Below, piece after piece: positions 60,649 to 63,683 of a stretch of 63,683 nucleotides of DNA (within the stretch, counting starts at the first letter, position 1; each line of letters begins with the position of its first letter). A program made the translations under genes and the position numbers. The stretch spans positions 1-63,683 of the IMG/VR virus record IMGVR_UViG_3300010361_000005; one strand, 5' to 3'. The DNA comes from a virus. The notes beneath the pieces were generated by a model. The model was not told the origin of the DNA. It ran no database searches and saw nothing but the letters and a program-made list of their open reading frames with translations.

Positions 60649-62862
60649 TTGAAAGCAAAGCAATACCTTCCGCTGGCGCTGATGCTTGCGGCGCTGATGG
60701 CGCTCACAGGTGTCATCACGGGTGTAGCATCCGCCGACGTGACAGGTGCAACCGCGACAAAGAACTGCCAGCAGGGTCCTTTTTCTCTGGGGCAGTCCAT
60801 TCACTGTACCTTTACGGTACAGAACGCCGGTGCATTTCCGGCGACGATCGACGTTCTGACGGAGACAAGCCCGCTTCCGAGCGGACCTACCACTCCGATC
60901 ACGTGCGTCGGTACCGACAGCGTGACGTACCACACAGGTGACACGCTCCCTCCGGGTGTGACCTGTTCCGGTGCGTTCGACGTTCCTGTCGGGAACGATC
61001 CAGCGTCATGTGGAACGCTACTGCGGGATAGGGTCGAGATCGACCTGAGCTATCCGCAGTTCGATCCGCCGCTGACCGCTGGTGCGTTTGCGACAGCAAC
61101 AACGGCCATCGTTTGTCCGGCGCAAGCGACCGTGGCGAAGACGGCTGACACGCTGAGCAAGCCGACCGACCAGGTGACGTATACGGTCACAGTCACAAAC
61201 CCGAATGTTGTGGCTGAGGACGTCACGTCCGTCAACGACACGCTCGTCGGGGACATCACGAGTCACTTCGCGTCGCCGCTTGCGGCCGGAGCGTCGGAGA
61301 GCTACACGTACCAGCGCACGGTGCTGGCGGGTGATCCTAACCCGCTGGTCAACACCGTGACGGCTGTACTCAGCGATGAGGGTACATCAGCGACGGCAAC
61401 GGCTTCGGCCAGCACCAAGCTGTTCTACCCAAGTGTTCACGTGACCAAGACGTGCGCACCAAGTCCCATCGAGGTTGGCGGGACGCTTCTCTGCACCATC
61501 ACGGTCACAAACACGAGCACCGGAACAACTCCTCCGGCGCTTCAACTCGACTCGCAGACTGATACACGGGCTGGGAATCTGGACTTGGTTGGAAATCCGC
61601 AGGTTGTTTCCAACAATTGTCTTGCCTCGCTCGCGACCGGCGGTAGCTGCACCATCGTTACCACCGATCACGTCGGCCTGTCCGATCTGCCTGGTCCGGT
61701 CGTGGACACCGCAACGGTGCATTACCATCCGCTCGGGTTCACGAACAACATCACGGACACGGCTGCTGCATCGGTGCCGGTGACTACGACAGCGACGATG
61801 ACGCTGACGAAGTCCTGTTCGCCGGCAGTCGAGAATGTTGGCGACACGACGACGTACACCTTCGTGATCACAAATACGGGTGACGTGCCGCTGACTCGCC
61901 AGAGCGTGAACGACACGCTTCTTGGTAACATCGGTGCTGACTTCCCCGCGACTCTTGCTCCTGGGGATTCGGCAACGGTGACCGAGACGCGGGTTGTCCT
62001 CGCGGGTGACCCGTCGCCGCTTCCGAACACGGTCACCAGCGTTTACGGCAACTCCGTGGTCAACGTGACGATCACGAAGTCGGCATCGTGTTCTATCGTT
62101 ATCAAGCATCCGTCCATGACGCTGACCAAGGCCTGCAATCCGCCGTCGGCTCATGTCGGCGATACGGTGCAGTACGGCTACACGGTCACCAACACGGGCG
62201 ATGTTACTCTGAACCTGAAGAGTGCCACCGATACGCTGCTCGGCGATCTGACCGCTGACTTCCCGGCAACGCTCGCGCCTGGACAGTCGGTGTCGTTCTC
62301 TGTGCCACGAGTAATCCTACAGAGCGACCCGAACCCACTACCGAACACGGTCACGACTGTGTACCAGGAAGAGGGCTTCACGGTCACTCTGACGAAGTCG
62401 GCTAGCTGCTCAGTGACGATCATTCCGCCCGGTACGGTGAAGGTGACGATCGGGTTCTGGAAGACGCATGCTCCGAAGTCCTGCAAGCAGGGCAACGGCA
62501 AGCAGGCGGATGCACTGACCCCGGCTCTCGGTTCGGGATTCCCGCTCGGTAGCGGTTACACGCTAACCGATCCGTGCGTGGCGGTGCAGCTGCTGAGCAA
62601 GGCTGTCCTGGGTTCGGGTGATCCCATCGGGAACATGCTTGCCCAGATGGTCGGTGCGGAACTGAACATCAATGCCGGCGGGACAACGAGCGGCAGTTGC
62701 TCGTTCATCAACGGCGCTATTACCGATGCCAACACGCTTCTGTCCGCGATCAACTTCAACGGCACCAGCTACACCAAGCCGCTGACGACCGCGCAGAAGA
62801 ACGAGGCATCTACGCTGGAAGGTCTGTTCTCAAGCTACAACAACGACAGCACGACCTGCTAG
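60649..62862 (+). CDS. secreted repeat protein (DUF11-type beta-domain repeats plus Cys-containing C-terminal domain, 737 aa)
   Basis: TTG start 5 nt after AAGGAG; signal peptide MKAKQYLPLALMLAALMALTGVITGVASA; five repeats incl. near-duplicate units LTKSCSPAVENVGDTTTYTFVITNTGDVPL... and LTKACNPPSAHVGDTVQYGYTVTNTGDVTL... Confidence 0.75.
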   Translation: MKAKQYLPLALMLAALMALTGVITGVASADVTGATATKNCQQGPFSLGQSIHCTFTVQNAGAFPATIDVLTETSPLPSGPTTPITCVGTDSVTYHTGDTLPPGVTCSGAFDVPVGNDPASCGTLLRDRVEIDLSYPQFDPPLTAGAFATATTAIVCPAQATVAKTADTLSKPTDQVTYTVTVTNPNVVAEDVTSVNDTLVGDITSHFASPLAAGASESYTYQRTVLAGDPNPLVNTVTAVLSDEGTSATATASASTKLFYPSVHVTKTCAPSPIEVGGTLLCTITVTNTSTGTTPPALQLDSQTDTRAGNLDLVGNPQVVSNNCLASLATGGSCTIVTTDHVGLSDLPGPVVDTATVHYHPLGFTNNITDTAAASVPVTTTATMTLTKSCSPAVENVGDTTTYTFVITNTGDVPLTRQSVNDTLLGNIGADFPATLAPGDSATVTETRVVLAGDPSPLPNTVTSVYGNSVVNVTITKSASCSIVIKHPSMTLTKACNPPSAHVGDTVQYGYTVTNTGDVTLNLKSATDTLLGDLTADFPATLAPGQSVSFSVPRVILQSDPNPLPNTVTTVYQEEGFTVTLTKSASCSVTIIPPGTVKVTIGFWKTHAPKSCKQGNGKQADALTPALGSGFPLGSGYTLTDPCVAVQLLSKAVLGSGDPIGNMLAQMVGAELNINAGGTTSGSCSFINGAITDANTLLSAINFNGTSYTKPLTTAQKNEASTLEGLFSSYNNDSTTC

Positions 62863-62871
62863 CGTAACAAG

Positions 62872-62895
62872 ACTCCCGCTTACCCCAGCGGGAGT
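62872..62895 (+). terminator. stem-loop ACTCCCGCT-TACCCC-AGCGGGAGT after the repeat-protein gene
   Basis: 9-bp stem 10 nt after the stop; no clear T run. Confidence 0.45.
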
Positions 62896-62915
62896 GTCTC
62901 ACCCCGTACCGCAGA

Positions 62916-62947
62916 GGGGATCCCGGCCTAAACCCACCGGGGTCCCC
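62916..62947 (+). terminator. second stem-loop GGGGATCCCGG-N10-CCGGGGTCCCC
   Basis: 11 pairs incl. one G-U, followed by a pyrimidine-rich tract. Confidence 0.45.
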
Positions 62948-62977
62948 TCCCCCTTCTCAGCTATACTCACGTCGGTG

Positions 62978-62991
62978 CCCCGGTGGCCTCC
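62978..62991 (+). repeat. CCCCGGTGGCCTCC direct repeat copy 1
   Basis: Exact 14-mer; TATACT at 62962-62967 upstream. Confidence 0.55.
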
Positions 62992-63052
62992 TTTCCGAAA
63001 ACCCATCGGCATGGATAACTGGGGCACCATTCATCGATGAAGGGAGACAGGC

Positions 63053-63133
63053 ATGTCTCGTGACACAAGAGGTATCCGGGTTGTTAGAATCCCCGGTGGC
63101 CTCCACACCACAAAGCCGGGGAGCAGCCGCTGA
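63053..63133 (+). CDS. possible leader peptide (26 aa)
   Basis: ATG 6 nt after GGGAG; TGATG coupling to the next ORF. Confidence 0.3.
   Translation: MSRDTRGIRVVRIPGGLHTTKPGSSR
63091..63104 (+). repeat. CCCCGGTGGCCTCC direct repeat copy 2
   Basis: Exact 14-mer; TAGAAT at 63085-63090 immediately upstream. Confidence 0.55.
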
Positions 63134-63345
63134 TGTTCAAGCTGACTGGTTCATCCGGCTACCGCCGCAGCGGAGGCAGCAGCACCGTCGCTCGCGTCAG
63201 TGCCAGCCGCCTCAATCGCGTCGCGTTCGCTCCTGTGCCCACACGCGGGGCATGGGTGCCCGAGACGATGCAGGAACAGGGGCAGGATTCCAGTACTGCC
63301 CGCACGGGTGGTCTGGAGAAGGTCCTGCGCTTCAACGGGATGTAG
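63133..63345 (+). CDS. hypothetical protein (70 aa)
   Basis: ATG in a TGATG junction; Ser/Gly/Arg-rich N-terminus. Confidence 0.4.
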   Translation: MFKLTGSSGYRRSGGSSTVARVSASRLNRVAFAPVPTRGAWVPETMQEQGQDSSTARTGGLEKVLRFNGM

Positions 63346-63348
63346 CAG

Positions 63349-63555
63349 ATGGCACGTAGACGCAAGCCCATCAAGATCAAGAAGAGCAGACAGGGCTCTC
63401 TGCGTCGTGCCACAGGCACCAAGAAGGGCAAGAAGATCCCTGTTAGTACTCTGCGTCGCATGAAGAGAAGCAAGTCACCGGCCATGCGCAAGAAAGCCAC
63501 CTTCGCGTTGAACGCGCGCAAGTGGAAGAAGACAGGCCGGAGGAAGAGGCGATAA
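63349..63555 (+). CDS. extremely basic small protein (68 aa)
   Basis: Nearly half Lys/Arg; KSPAMRKKATFALNARKW motif. Confidence 0.5.
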   Translation: MARRRKPIKIKKSRQGSLRRATGTKKGKKIPVSTLRRMKRSKSPAMRKKATFALNARKWKKTGRRKRR

Positions 63556-63680
63556 TGCCTGCAAGATCGCAAGCGCAGCGACGCTGGGCCTACGGCGTGA
63601 AGGGAAAAGCGTGGGCAAAGCGTCACCACTTCAACAACAAGGGCAAGTTGCCCAAGCGTGTGAAGCGGAAGCGTAAGTGA
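63555..63680 (+). CDS. basic small protein (41 aa, DUF3008-like)
   Basis: MPARSQAQRRWAYGVKGKAWAKRHHFNNKGKLPKRVKRKRK; its last 120 nt are duplicated at 1-120; stop overlaps the GTG of the RuvC-like gene. Confidence 0.5.
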   Translation: MPARSQAQRRWAYGVKGKAWAKRHHFNNKGKLPKRVKRKRK

Positions 63681-63683
63681 ACA
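63561..63683. repeat. Terminal direct repeat copy 2
   Basis: Exact copy of 1-123. Confidence 0.95.

Noticed and set aside
63060-63359. 99-aa plus-strand ORF (GTG start) overlapping the 70-aa ORF
   Set aside because: Arg/Gln/Pro-rich off-frame composition. The 70-aa frame has TGATG coupling and a clean junction to the next gene. Neither is certain.

Overview
The window is a complete genome of a GC-rich, contractile-tailed dsDNA phage. It was assembled as a circle: the first 123 nt recur exactly at the window end, giving a unit length of 63,560 bp.

Architecture:
(i) A rightward, translationally coupled late operon starts near 63,050, crosses the window junction and ends at 33,174. It encodes small basic proteins, a RuvC-like resolvase, TerS and TerL, an endolysin-holin cassette, and a 1,045-aa portal/protease/scaffold ORF. 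These are followed by decoration and major capsid proteins, three tandem tail-collar-domain paralogues and a 1,373-aa repetitive ConA/LamG-like protein. The operon ends with a PBSX/XkdK-type tail module: sheath, tube, chaperone with -1 frameshift, tape measure, LysM, hub, baseplate and fibres.
(ii) Two leftward operons are separated by a clear intrinsic terminator at 47,665-47,703. The first runs 47,181->33,192 and encodes a Cas4-like Fe-S nuclease, a Sak4-like ATPase, an SSB-like protein, a primase-MCM fusion, an FAD-binding protein, a DnaE-type polymerase, a secreted Rpf-like transglycosylase, HNH, HU, a ThyX-like protein and an HTH protein. The second runs 58,297->47,686 and holds about 25 mostly small early genes plus an SNF2 helicase.
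(iii) A rightward three-gene cassette (60,074-62,862) ends in a signal-peptide-bearing repeat protein.
(iv) A 1.7-kb ORF-free control region lies at 58.4-60.07 kb.

No integrase or lysogeny module, tRNA or CRISPR array was recognised.

Most unusual observations:
- A bipartite stem-loop plus invariant AACCAGGGAGG leader module is repeated before at least 11 early genes, with compensatory stem changes.
- A GCGCGTACACGCGC box family and AAATCC-type repeat clusters are shared by the main intergenic regions.
- A start-less coding segment sits behind an AAACCCC heptamer, which suggests recoding.
- Portal, protease and scaffold coding is nested in one frame, with a perfect internal SD.

All protein-family calls come from motif recognition by eye, not database searches.
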